Positions 7,663-16,862 of a stretch of 64,000 nt of DNA are shown one piece after another; within the stretch, counting starts at the first letter, position 1; each line of letters starts with the position of its first letter. A model generated the notes under the pieces. That model saw nothing but the letters and a program-made list of their open reading frames with translations, had not been told where the DNA came from and did no database searches. Position numbers and translations under genes: made by a program. Location of the stretch: NCBI RefSeq assembly GCF_000737315.1, contig NZ_JMCB01000002.1, positions 248,001-312,000 of the forward strand, given 5' to 3'. The DNA is from Hyalangium minutum. GTDB lineage: Bacteria > Myxococcota > Myxococcia > Myxococcales > Myxococcaceae.

Positions 7663-9216
7663 ATGCGCCTGAGCCTTGCTTCCCTTTTGGCCATTCTCTG
7701 TGTCAGTTGCAGCACTACCCCTCCGCCGTCTCCCACGCCTCCTCCGCCTCCCACGCCTCCGCTGTCGCCCGAGGCCACCGCCGTCTTCGCCCGCGCCGAG
7801 GCGCCCGGTCCTGGCGCCGCGCTCGTGGTGAACCTGGACGCCTTCGAGGCGCTGGGGCTCGCGGGCAAGGGGCCCACGATGCAGCAGCTGGCCAGCGTGT
7901 CCACCGCCATCATGTCCCAGCTCTCGACGGCGGAGGGCTCGGAGGGCCAGTTCTTCGCCCGGGGCGCCGTGGTGAGCGCCCTGCTGCGAGACTGGGCGAA
8001 GTGGCCCGGCCTGCGCCGTATTGCCTTCCTCGTCCCCTCGGACCGCGTCCTGGCGGACGGGGCTGGGGTTCTCCCCCAGGTGGCCGTGGGTGCATTGGCT
8101 GTGGATGAGGGCTCTCCGGACAACGCCCAGCTGCTCTCCGCCGTCGTCGCGCTTGTGCGTGCCGCGGCCGTGGAGGTGACACGTGAGGGCGCTGACCCCC
8201 GCGTCGTTCTCCAGGGACAGGACGTGTGCGTGGTGGGGAAGGAGCTGGGCTTCCCGGTGTGCGTCCGTCCCCGGCGCGGGCTGATCCTGTTCGGCACGCC
8301 CACGGCCCTGGGGGCGCTCGAGGCGCTGCCGCCCGTCACCGCACCGGCTGCCGCTCCCGGTGAGGCACCGCTGCTGCTGGGCCTGCGCGTGGATTTGGGC
8401 GCCAAGGGCCGCGCGCGCCTGGCCTTCACCGGCCGCGATGCGGTGCGTCTCGCGCTCCACGTGGAGGGCACCACCGCGAAGGACATCGCCATGGCCGAGT
8501 CCTTGGTGAAGAAGGCGCTCACGGATTACGACGCGCACCAGGCCGAGGTGCGTCAGCGCATCGCCACCGGCCTGTCCGAGGTGCAGCGCTCCATTGCCCA
8601 GGATCCCGCCGCGCCGGCCACGCTGAAGCAGGCGGCCACGGGCCTCACCGCGGACCGGGTGGTGGACGAGAAGGGCTACTGGGCCCAGGCGCGCCAGTCC
8701 GTGCAGGTGTCCTCCACGCAGGACAGCCTCTCCCTGTCGCTCACCGTCCCCGCGGGTGCGGTGAAGGACATGTCCGAGCAGATGGCCTCCGGCGGCACCC
8801 CCGTGGCCCTGGTGGGCATCATGGCCGCCATCGCCATCCCCAACTTCATCAAGTTCCAGGCGCGCGCCAAGCAGTCCGAGGCGAAGATGAACCTCAAGGC
8901 GGCCTATGTCGCCCAGCGCGCCTACGTGATGGAGAAGGACCGGTTGGGCCGCACCTTCGAGGAGATCGGCTTCGCGCCGGAGCCGGGCCGCCGTTACACC
9001 TACTGCATGGGCAAGCAGTGCCTGCCCTGTGACAGGAAGGACTGCAAAGTGGCGCCGGAGCCCTCGCCGTGCCAGGGGCTCACCACGCTGGGCAAGAGCG
9101 CGAATGACAACTTCTCCATCTGCGCGTACGGCAACGTGGACTCGGACGCCGCCTGGGATGTGTGGGTCATCGACAAGAGCGGCGAGCCGGAGAACCTGAG
9201 CAACGACATGGAGTAA
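7663..9216 (+). CDS. Lipoprotein with C-terminal PilA-like type IV pilin domain
   Basis: MRLSLASLLAILCVSC lipobox, Pro linker; C-terminal VGIMAAIAIPNFIKFQARAKQSEAKMNLK..Y..Q......DR......IGFAPE.G.RY.Y closely follows myxobacterial PilA. Confidence 0.85.
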   Translation: MRLSLASLLAILCVSCSTTPPPSPTPPPPPTPPLSPEATAVFARAEAPGPGAALVVNLDAFEALGLAGKGPTMQQLASVSTAIMSQLSTAEGSEGQFFARGAVVSALLRDWAKWPGLRRIAFLVPSDRVLADGAGVLPQVAVGALAVDEGSPDNAQLLSAVVALVRAAAVEVTREGADPRVVLQGQDVCVVGKELGFPVCVRPRRGLILFGTPTALGALEALPPVTAPAAAPGEAPLLLGLRVDLGAKGRARLAFTGRDAVRLALHVEGTTAKDIAMAESLVKKALTDYDAHQAEVRQRIATGLSEVQRSIAQDPAAPATLKQAATGLTADRVVDEKGYWAQARQSVQVSSTQDSLSLSLTVPAGAVKDMSEQMASGGTPVALVGIMAAIAIPNFIKFQARAKQSEAKMNLKAAYVAQRAYVMEKDRLGRTFEEIGFAPEPGRRYTYCMGKQCLPCDRKDCKVAPEPSPCQGLTTLGKSANDNFSICAYGNVDSDAAWDVWVIDKSGEPENLSNDME

Positions 9217-9277
9217 CAGACCAGGCAGGCAGGCACTTCCCCCCGGTCCGGCATAGAGTGGGGCCGGGGAGGAAGAC

Positions 9278-12200
9278 ATGAACGTCCGGTCCCGCCGCCG
9301 GCTCATTGCTGGCGGCATCTGTGCGGTGCTCGCGGGAGTCTCGCTCGCTGTTCTCAGCTCGCAGAGGTGTTTGTCCGCCTGGATCTTCCAGGGCGTGAAG
9401 GTGAGGCAGTGCCCGGATGGGCGCTTCCGGCAGACGGTGGGGCTGCAGGTGGATGGGCTGGCCCGTGAGCGCAGCGGCTCCGTGCGCGCCTGGGCCCTGG
9501 CCCATGGCGTGGGCAAGTCCTACAGCCAGGAGCTGCTGGCGCGCATGAAGCCCTCGAAGGCCGAGCTGGTGCTCCTGGATGCCGCGGGCCAGGAGACGCC
9601 GCTGAAGCCCGAGAAGGACTGGAAGCGGGAGGACAACGGAGACCTCTGGGCCGAGCTGAAGCTGCCCGCGCTCCCCGATGGCGACTACCGGCTGCGCGCT
9701 CGCATCACCACGCGCCTGGGCACGGACACCGTGGAGACCGCGCTTCCTTTATATGCACCCGCGCGAGTCCACGTTCTCACGGATCGCCCGCTCTACGAGC
9801 CCGGCCACCGCGTGCAGTTCCGCGCCGTGGCCCTGCGCGCCAAGGGACTGAGCCCCCTGGATGGGCGCCCGGGGACGTGGACGGTGGTGGACCCCAACGG
9901 AGACGTGGTGGTGGAGGAGCGGTCCCCCGCCGGTCCCTGGGGCGTGGTGTCTGGTGCCTTCCCGCTGGACCGCGGCGCGCCCACGGGCACGTGGACCGTG
10001 CGGTGGCTGAGCGGTGGCACCAGCGGAGAGGCTTCCTTCCGGGTGGAGCCCTTCACCCTGCCGCGCTTCCGGGTGGAGGCCTCCAGCCCTCAGGCCTTCT
10101 GGCGCGCGGGTGACGCGCCCGTGGTGGAGGGACAGGTGCTCTACAGCTCTGGAGCGCCCGTCGCGGGCGCGAAGGTGTCGCTGGAGTGGAATCACTTCGG
10201 AGGCTGGCCGCCTCCCACCGAGTGGTTCGATGGAGGCGGGCTGCCCGTCGCGGCGAAGGCGGATGCGGCCGGCCGCTTCCGGGTAACTCTGCCGCGCGTG
10301 CCTCAGGATCTGCGAGGCCAGGTCACGCTCTCCGCCAGCGTGGCGGCCACGGACCCTGCGGGCGATACCGTGCGCGGTGGCGTCTCCCTGCTGCTCTCCG
10401 AGGATGCGCTCGCCGTCTCCGCCGTGACCGAGCTGGAGTCCGGGTTGGTGGAGAACTACAGCAACCGCGTGTTCATCCGGGCCACCACTGCGGATGGGCA
10501 GGCGCTCCCAGGCGCCGAGCTCACCGTGAAGCGCGCGTGGGACCCCAAGGATCCGGGTGTGAAGACAGTGGCGGACGAGGATGGGGTCGCGTCCTTGCAG
10601 CTGGATCCGGGCGTCGCCGTCAACGTCGTTGTCCCCGCCATGCCCGTGCGCCGCAAGCCGCTGCCGAACCCGGTGGAGCTGATGGGCTCGAGTGACCTGC
10701 TCTCTCGCGACGAGGAGGCGGGCCTGGGGGATCAGGTGGCCCTGGAGAAGTGGCTGCCCGCCTTCTTCCCCTGCGCGCGCTTCATCGTCCCCGACTCGGC
10801 GGACACCGACCAGCAGCTGTCCGTCCGGGTGAGCTCCAGCGGAGCGGTGGTGGATGTGGTGGGCGAGCAGGGGCGGCTCTCGGCCTGTCTCGCGGATGCA
10901 GCCCGCACGCGGACGCTGCCTCCGGGGCGCGAGCGCATGCTGAACCTGACCCTGCAGCTCGTGGATCCCCAGCTGCCCACGCTCGGGGTCGAGATGAAGG
11001 CCGCGAACGACGGGCCCGTGGATTCGCGGCTCTATGCGGCGCTGGAAGAGGCGGCCCGTGATGCGCGCCCGTGTCTGCCCGCGAAGCTCTCCGAGGCGTC
11101 CGATGTGCCCGCCACCCTCCGGTGGCGGCTCCGGGCAGGCCAGAAGGATGTGGAGGTGGGGTGGGTGCCCGTCGAGAAGCAGGAAGGCGTCCCGATGCTC
11201 TCCTCCACGGTGCTCTCCTGCCTCCAGGCCCGGTTCTCGCGCCTGTCACTGCGCGATAGCTCGGATGAAGAGGTGGAGGCCTCGGACGAAGAGAGGGCAG
11301 GAGGGACCAAGGCGCAGCAGGACCAGATGGGCGTGGCGCTTCTCACGGCGGAGCCCGCGGAGGGCGATGGAGGCGAGGCTCGGGCGCAGGACACCACGCG
11401 CCTCGGCTTCGAGCTGATGGTGAGCGCCCAGGTGGAGGGCAAGGATGCCGGCTCTACGAAGCTCTTCCTGCCGCCCACGCGGCTGCCCACTCAGCGTCTG
11501 CGCGCCACACCTGCGCTGGCTCGCGCTGGCGAGGAGGTGCGTGTGGAGCTGCTCCGAGGTCCTGGCTTCAGTGGCTCACTGCCAGAGAAGCTCTGGTTGA
11601 GCGCGGGAGGAGAGCGGCTGGAGTCCCAGGTGGATTCGAAGTCCCGCGTGGCGACCTTCCGCCTGCCGGAGCAGTTCGAGGGCTGGGCCCAGGTGGACTG
11701 GGGAACAGCGGTGGCTCGCATCTACGTGGCGCCTCGCGCGCAGCTCTCCGTGGAGGTGGCTCCTGAGAAGCCCTCCTATGCTCCCGGTGAGGTGGCCCGC
11801 CTGCTGCTGCGCACCCGTGTGGATGGGAAGGACGGCCCCGCCGCCGTGGGCCTCTTCGGTGTGGATGAAGGGCTGGCGCAGCTGGCCTCGCTGCCGGGGC
11901 CGGGAGTGCTTGGGAGCCTGAGGCCCGCGCCCACGCTGGTCAGCTCCGCGTTCGGAGTGCTCGATGGACAGGCGCTCGCCATGGGCCGCATCCGAGGCGC
12001 CAACGCCGTGGCGGCCACCCTGCTGCGCGTCAGCTCGGCGCCCACCGTGGAGGAGTCGGACCCATCGCTGTCGCTCACCGCGCAGGCCGCCTTCGAGCCG
12101 GAGGCGGAGCTGACGGAGCCCTTCTACCGGGTGCTCGCTGAGCTGACCTCCCAGGTGCGTGTCTGGGAGGAGAAGGCTCCGGAAGGGGAGACGCTGAGCC

Positions 12201-12415
12201 CCGAGGGCATGGCGAAGCTGTGGGAGCAGGCGCTGGCGGCCTGCGAGAAGCGCGGAGAGCCGGTGACGGATGCCTACGGGCGCCGTCTGAAGCTGTCACG
12301 GCTGCCGCCCGAGCTGCTGGCCCTCACCGATCCCCGCATGGTGGTGGTGGGAGGGACGCGGCTGTCCGAAGACGTCGAGAACTGGGGCCAGTGGGTTGCC
12401 CGGGAGGCGCCATGA
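9278..12415 (+). CDS. Alpha-2-macroglobulin-like protein, N-terminal chain (MG domains)
   Basis: N-terminal TM; MG2 signature VLTDRPLYEPGHRVQFR, FRVEPFTLPRFRVE, and A2M_N_2-like KPSYAPGEVARL...AVGLFGVDEG. Confidence 0.85.
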   Translation: MNVRSRRRLIAGGICAVLAGVSLAVLSSQRCLSAWIFQGVKVRQCPDGRFRQTVGLQVDGLARERSGSVRAWALAHGVGKSYSQELLARMKPSKAELVLLDAAGQETPLKPEKDWKREDNGDLWAELKLPALPDGDYRLRARITTRLGTDTVETALPLYAPARVHVLTDRPLYEPGHRVQFRAVALRAKGLSPLDGRPGTWTVVDPNGDVVVEERSPAGPWGVVSGAFPLDRGAPTGTWTVRWLSGGTSGEASFRVEPFTLPRFRVEASSPQAFWRAGDAPVVEGQVLYSSGAPVAGAKVSLEWNHFGGWPPPTEWFDGGGLPVAAKADAAGRFRVTLPRVPQDLRGQVTLSASVAATDPAGDTVRGGVSLLLSEDALAVSAVTELESGLVENYSNRVFIRATTADGQALPGAELTVKRAWDPKDPGVKTVADEDGVASLQLDPGVAVNVVVPAMPVRRKPLPNPVELMGSSDLLSRDEEAGLGDQVALEKWLPAFFPCARFIVPDSADTDQQLSVRVSSSGAVVDVVGEQGRLSACLADAARTRTLPPGRERMLNLTLQLVDPQLPTLGVEMKAANDGPVDSRLYAALEEAARDARPCLPAKLSEASDVPATLRWRLRAGQKDVEVGWVPVEKQEGVPMLSSTVLSCLQARFSRLSLRDSSDEEVEASDEERAGGTKAQQDQMGVALLTAEPAEGDGGEARAQDTTRLGFELMVSAQVEGKDAGSTKLFLPPTRLPTQRLRATPALARAGEEVRVELLRGPGFSGSLPEKLWLSAGGERLESQVDSKSRVATFRLPEQFEGWAQVDWGTAVARIYVAPRAQLSVEVAPEKPSYAPGEVARLLLRTRVDGKDGPAAVGLFGVDEGLAQLASLPGPGVLGSLRPAPTLVSSAFGVLDGQALAMGRIRGANAVAATLLRVSSAPTVEESDPSLSLTAQAAFEPEAELTEPFYRVLAELTSQVRVWEEKAPEGETLSPEGMAKLWEQALAACEKRGEPVTDAYGRRLKLSRLPPELLALTDPRMVVVGGTRLSEDVENWGQWVAREAP

Positions 12416-14787
12416 AGCGCTCACTGTTGATGTTCATGGCTGGAGTTCTGTTCACCCTGTTCGCCCTGTTCACGCTGGTGTTGTTCGGGGACAGCATCCG
12501 CAGGCTCTTCGGCGCGTCCGCTTCCGCGTTGGCGGGCAACCAAGAGTCCTCCAGCTATTACTCCATGGCTCCGGCAGCTCCCTCGGCCCAGGCCGCGCCC
12601 GAGCCTGCTCCCGTCGAGGCGGAGATGGACGCGTTGGCGGGCGGCGGGGCCAGCAGCGAGCGCATGCGGGGCCTGTCGATGAAGCGCATGGAGACCATCC
12701 AGATCATCAAGGGCACCGGAGGCGCTGCGGCGAAGCCCAAGGTGGCCCTCGCCGAGGGTGGGGCGCAGGCCGAGGCCGCGGCCCCGAGCCGCGCCTGGTT
12801 CCCGGAGACGTTCCTCTTCGAGCCCCTCAAGGTGACGGACGAGTCCGGACAAGCGGTAGTGCCGGTAAAGGTGCCGGACCGGCTGACGCGGTGGCGGGTG
12901 CTGGCGCTGGCGCACTCGCGCTCGGGCGCGCAGGCCGGAGCGGTGACGAGCTTCTCGGGCACACTGCCCACGTATGTGGATCCGGTGGTGCCCGCCTTCC
13001 TGTTCACGGGGGATGCCGTGCGCCTGCCCGTGCAGGTGGTGAACACCACGGAGCAGGCGGTGGAGCAGCCGCTGAAGCTGGTGGCTGATGGCGCGGTGGT
13101 GGAGGGCGCCGCCACCCGCACCGTGCGGGTGCCCGCTCAGGGCAGCGTGGTGGAGTACGTGACGCTGAAGGCCACCCAGCCCGGCCCTGTCTCCTTGCAG
13201 GCCTCGCTGGGCACCACGGACGCCATCGTGCGCAGCTTCGATGTGAAGCCCACCGGCCGCCGGGTGGACCAGTCACGCGCGGGCTCGCTCGCGGCGCCGC
13301 GCACCCTGACGCTGGACGGTGTTGCCGACGCGCAGGCGGGCAGTGAGCGGGTGCGGCTGCAGGTGTTCCCGGGGGCTCTGGGCATGCTGCGCGCGGAGCT
13401 CTCCGCGGCGCCTGGGCGCTGGGGACTGGCGGAGGATGCGTATGCGCTGCTCTTGGCGGGCCGCGCGCCCGAGCTGCTGAAGTCGCTCGGGGAGACGGCG
13501 GATGCCGAGGCCCTCAAGGCCATGGCCTCCTTGTCCGGTCAGCGGGTGCTGCGAGCGGCCCGGGCACCGGATGTGCCCACTGCGGCCCTGCTGGCCCAGG
13601 CTGCACTGCAGCACCCGGACAACCCGGTGCTGTCCCGCCTGGGGGAGCGCCTGTCCGCGCAGGTGGCCAACGCCCAGCGTCCGGATGGCACGTGCCAGGG
13701 CGGGGACGGGTGGACGCTGCAGCGGTTACTCGTGGCCACCGCAGATTGTGCGCAGGCCGTGCGCGCGGGCGCCTCTCTCTCGGTGCCGGGCAAGCAGCGG
13801 GCTGCGGCCTTCTCCGCGCGCGCCATGGGGGCTTTCGAGCGCAACCTCTCGCGCGTGCAGGACGGCTACACCGCGGCGGCCATCCTGGCCAGCGGCGGGG
13901 TGACGGGCTCGCTCCAGGAGGCGTTGCGGGCCAAGGTGCGCGAGTCCTTGAAGAAGCGAGACGACGGCGCCGCATACCTGCCGGTGGAGCAGGGCGTGGT
14001 GCGCGCGGACGGAACGGTGCCGGGGGAGGCTGAAGCGACGGCGCTGGCAGTGCTCGCGCTCACGGGAGACAAGGCGGCGCCAATGGCGGACCTGGGCACC
14101 TCGCTGCTGGCCAGCTACCAGCCGGGGTGGGGCTGGGGGGATGGGCGCACCAACCTCCTGAGCCTCCAGGCCGCGATGGTGCTCTTCTCCGAGCCGCTGC
14201 CCTCACAGGTGCGCGTGGTGCTCGAGCGTGACGGGAAGACGGTGACCGAGGGCACCTTCGACGCCAAGGCCCTGCGGGACGTGCTCTCGATGGAGGCGGC
14301 GGCGATGGGCTCGGCAGGGACGCACACGTGGACGGTGCGCGCGGAGCCGGCGGTGCCTGGCCTGGGCTACTCGCTCACGTTGAGCGCGTACGTGCCGTGG
14401 AAGGCCGAGAAGGGCCAGGGACTGGAGCTGGCGGTGAAGGCGCCCGCCGAGGGCAAGGTGGGGATGCCGGCCGAGGTGACAGTGCAGGCGGCCTCTCCGG
14501 CGGGCATGGCACTCCAACTGCGCTACGCGTTGCCCGCGGGGGTCCAGGTGGACACTCCGAGCCTCGAGCGGCTCGTGGCCGAGCGGAAGGTGACGAAGTA
14601 CGAGGTGGAGGATGGGGCGCTCACGCTCACCCTGCCACCGCGCGGCGCGGGCGAGCCCTTCCAGGCCAGCTTCCGCGTGGTGCCGACGCTGGCGGGGACG
14701 CTTCAGGGAGGGGCCTCCAGCCTCTTCCCCGAGGGGCGGCAGGATCTCGTCTCGTACGTCCCGCCCGCTCAGTGGACGGTGCGCTGA
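12412..14787 (+). CDS. Alpha-2-macroglobulin-like protein, C-terminal chain; no thioester motif
   Basis: Own N-terminal hydrophobic segment; RAWFPETFLFEP..TDESG...VPDRLTRWRV, YVDPVVPAFL..GD.V..PV.V.N. ATGA overlap with the upstream gene; no CxEQ. Confidence 0.85.
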   Translation: MKRSLLMFMAGVLFTLFALFTLVLFGDSIRRLFGASASALAGNQESSSYYSMAPAAPSAQAAPEPAPVEAEMDALAGGGASSERMRGLSMKRMETIQIIKGTGGAAAKPKVALAEGGAQAEAAAPSRAWFPETFLFEPLKVTDESGQAVVPVKVPDRLTRWRVLALAHSRSGAQAGAVTSFSGTLPTYVDPVVPAFLFTGDAVRLPVQVVNTTEQAVEQPLKLVADGAVVEGAATRTVRVPAQGSVVEYVTLKATQPGPVSLQASLGTTDAIVRSFDVKPTGRRVDQSRAGSLAAPRTLTLDGVADAQAGSERVRLQVFPGALGMLRAELSAAPGRWGLAEDAYALLLAGRAPELLKSLGETADAEALKAMASLSGQRVLRAARAPDVPTAALLAQAALQHPDNPVLSRLGERLSAQVANAQRPDGTCQGGDGWTLQRLLVATADCAQAVRAGASLSVPGKQRAAAFSARAMGAFERNLSRVQDGYTAAAILASGGVTGSLQEALRAKVRESLKKRDDGAAYLPVEQGVVRADGTVPGEAEATALAVLALTGDKAAPMADLGTSLLASYQPGWGWGDGRTNLLSLQAAMVLFSEPLPSQVRVVLERDGKTVTEGTFDAKALRDVLSMEAAAMGSAGTHTWTVRAEPAVPGLGYSLTLSAYVPWKAEKGQGLELAVKAPAEGKVGMPAEVTVQAASPAGMALQLRYALPAGVQVDTPSLERLVAERKVTKYEVEDGALTLTLPPRGAGEPFQASFRVVPTLAGTLQGGASSLFPEGRQDLVSYVPPAQWTVR

Positions 14788-14850
14788 GCGCAACTTTCCC
14801 AGGGCAGCCGTGTTTCACCCGGAAGACCCATTTTTCATGGAGCATTCCGG

Positions 14851-15975
14851 ATGGACCGAGCGATGTGGAAGGCCGTGGTGTTCGCGGGAGTCGTGGGGCT
14901 GAGCCTGACGGCGGGGGCGCAGCCTGTGGATGAGCAGGTGAGCGCAGGCTTGGAGTTTCTCGATCCTGAGTTCCGAGGGCTGTCGGCGACGTACCAGGAC
15001 AACAACCGGTGGATATGGCAGGCGCCCGTGGATCCGGTGACGGGAGTCATCCTCTCGTCTCAGCGCCAGCTCATCGACGGCCAGGCCACGTCCCTGCTCG
15101 AGTCCTTCCAGGGGCCCGAGTGGGTCCGAGGCAGCGACCGCATCCTTTATACGAAGACGGTCGACTCCGTTCCCAACCTCTGGATCAAGCGCCCCGGCAT
15201 GTCCCCCGCGCAGATCACCGCGCCGCCTGCGGCTCGCTATCTGCTCACGGGCATCCTCACGTCCCGGGGCACCGTGAAGGTGGTGTACCGCCGCAAGGAG
15301 ACGCTGGCCGGCGGTGGGCTCTCCCAGGGCGTGTACTGGCTGGACACCGCCACGCCTTCGGTCGAGCACCTGCTGCCCGGCGCGGACTTGGGCGTGGCGC
15401 CCGTGAGCTGGATTCCGGGTACTGAGGACCTCGTGTACACCCAGCAGCACGACATGGATCCGGGGCCGAGGGAACAGTGGGTGTCCCAGCTTGTTCGCCT
15501 GTCGACCGCGACGGGGGCCATCACCGTGCTCACGAGTGATTTGGACGCGAAAGAGGACTCCTTCGCGTTCCAGGCGCCGGAGGCGCAGCAGGCGCTGCGC
15601 TATGCGACGGTGGTGAATGGCGGCACCCTGCGAATCTATGGAGAAAGCGCTGCGGCGTGGGTCGACCTGCAGCCCCCATCGCAGCTGGGGTTCATGTACT
15701 CGCCCGAGGTGTTCCAGGCCCGCGACAGCCAGGGCACGGTGCGGACCTATTTCGTGGTGGTGATGCGCGCCAGCACCAACCCAGGGGACGTGGGAGAGGT
15801 GTGGGTGCTTGGCCTGAACGGCAGCGCGCTCCGGGTGGATGGCGGCACCGCGAGCCAGCCGCGCCAGCCGGCGGATCCGGAGGTCATCGCGGGTAGCAGC
15901 GAGATCTTCGTGTACTACAACAACTCGGCGAACCTGGCGCTGTGGCGGAGCCGCACGGGCCTGGCCGTGCCCTGA
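14851..15975 (+). CDS. Secreted beta-rich hypothetical protein (possible TolB-like propeller)
   Basis: Sec signal (LSLTAGA-Q); repeated Trp-containing blade-like segments (PEWVRGSDRILYT, PVSWIPGTEDLVYT). Confidence 0.7.
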   Translation: MDRAMWKAVVFAGVVGLSLTAGAQPVDEQVSAGLEFLDPEFRGLSATYQDNNRWIWQAPVDPVTGVILSSQRQLIDGQATSLLESFQGPEWVRGSDRILYTKTVDSVPNLWIKRPGMSPAQITAPPAARYLLTGILTSRGTVKVVYRRKETLAGGGLSQGVYWLDTATPSVEHLLPGADLGVAPVSWIPGTEDLVYTQQHDMDPGPREQWVSQLVRLSTATGAITVLTSDLDAKEDSFAFQAPEAQQALRYATVVNGGTLRIYGESAAAWVDLQPPSQLGFMYSPEVFQARDSQGTVRTYFVVVMRASTNPGDVGEVWVLGLNGSALRVDGGTASQPRQPADPEVIAGSSEIFVYYNNSANLALWRSRTGLAVP

Positions 15976-15993
15976 GCGGCGCCTCGTCTCTTC

Positions 15994-16779
15994 TCAGCGC
16001 CCCATCAACCACTGGAGCAGCGCTTGAGGGGCATCCACGTGGACGAAGTGGCCGGCCTCCGGAAGCAGGGCCACGGGGCAGCCGGCCGCCTCCATGCGAG
16101 CCGCGTCCGCGTCCGTCACATACCGGGAGCGCCCTCCGCGAATGCAGCGCACCTTCGCGCCTGGGCGCTCCACCGCTGCCCACAGGTTCGTCCCGTTCAC
16201 CCGGCCGTGCAGCTCCGCCAGCGCCTGCCGGTCAAAGCGCCAGCGCACCCCTCCCTCCGGCGTGGAGACGAGGTTCATCACCAGCCAGTCCGCCAGCGGC
16301 TCCGAGAGGCCCTGGCCCGTCAACGCCGCGCGTATCTCCCGGCGGTTGGCGGCGGTCTCGGGCGCCTGGAGCAACACGTTCAGCACCATTCCGCTCTCCG
16401 AGAGGTCCACGGGCACGGGGCTCGGCGAGATGTCGAGCAGCGTCACGCTGGCCACATCCGAGGGTGAGGCGAGGCTGGCCGCGAGCGACACCCGGCCCCC
16501 CAGCGAGTGGCCCACGAGCTCCAGCGGTCCGGTGAGGCCCTTGGCGCGCGCCGTCTCCACCACGTCCCGCGCCATCGTCGTCAGGTCCGTCCCCGGGGGC
16601 ATGGGCAGCGAGCCGCCATGGCCCGTCAGGTCCGGCATCAGGAAGCGCCGGCTCGGATCGGCCGCGCTCCACGCGTTGGCCAGCGAGCGCAGGTTGCGCC
16701 CCGAGCCCAGGAAGCCATGCAGCAGGACGGTGGGCACTTCTCCCTCGCCCAGTTGGAGACTCTCGAGAACCACACGCAC
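15994..16779 (-). CDS. Alpha/beta hydrolase (YbfF-like esterase)
   Basis: LLHGFLGS, GHSLGG nucleophile elbow, LLDISP, AGHFVH; GTG start after GGAAAGGGA. Confidence 0.9.
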   Translation of the reverse strand: MRVVLESLQLGEGEVPTVLLHGFLGSGRNLRSLANAWSAADPSRRFLMPDLTGHGGSLPMPPGTDLTTMARDVVETARAKGLTGPLELVGHSLGGRVSLAASLASPSDVASVTLLDISPSPVPVDLSESGMVLNVLLQAPETAANRREIRAALTGQGLSEPLADWLVMNLVSTPEGGVRWRFDRQALAELHGRVNGTNLWAAVERPGAKVRCIRGGRSRYVTDADAARMEAAGCPVALLPEAGHFVHVDAPQALLQWLMGR

Positions 16780-16862
16780 TCCCTTTCCAGGCCGTGCGCC
16801 TTGACCTGGGCGCGAGCCATCGCGCTTCATACCGCGAACGACCTCGACCTCGGAGCCACTCC

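Noticed and set aside
7718-7770. cctcc/ccgcc repeat tract
   Set aside because: Encodes the Pro-rich linker after the lipobox.
12412-12415. Frameshift or sequencing error splitting one A2M gene
   Set aside because: ATGA coupling plus a dedicated hydrophobic N-terminus on the second ORF favour a genuine two-gene arrangement.
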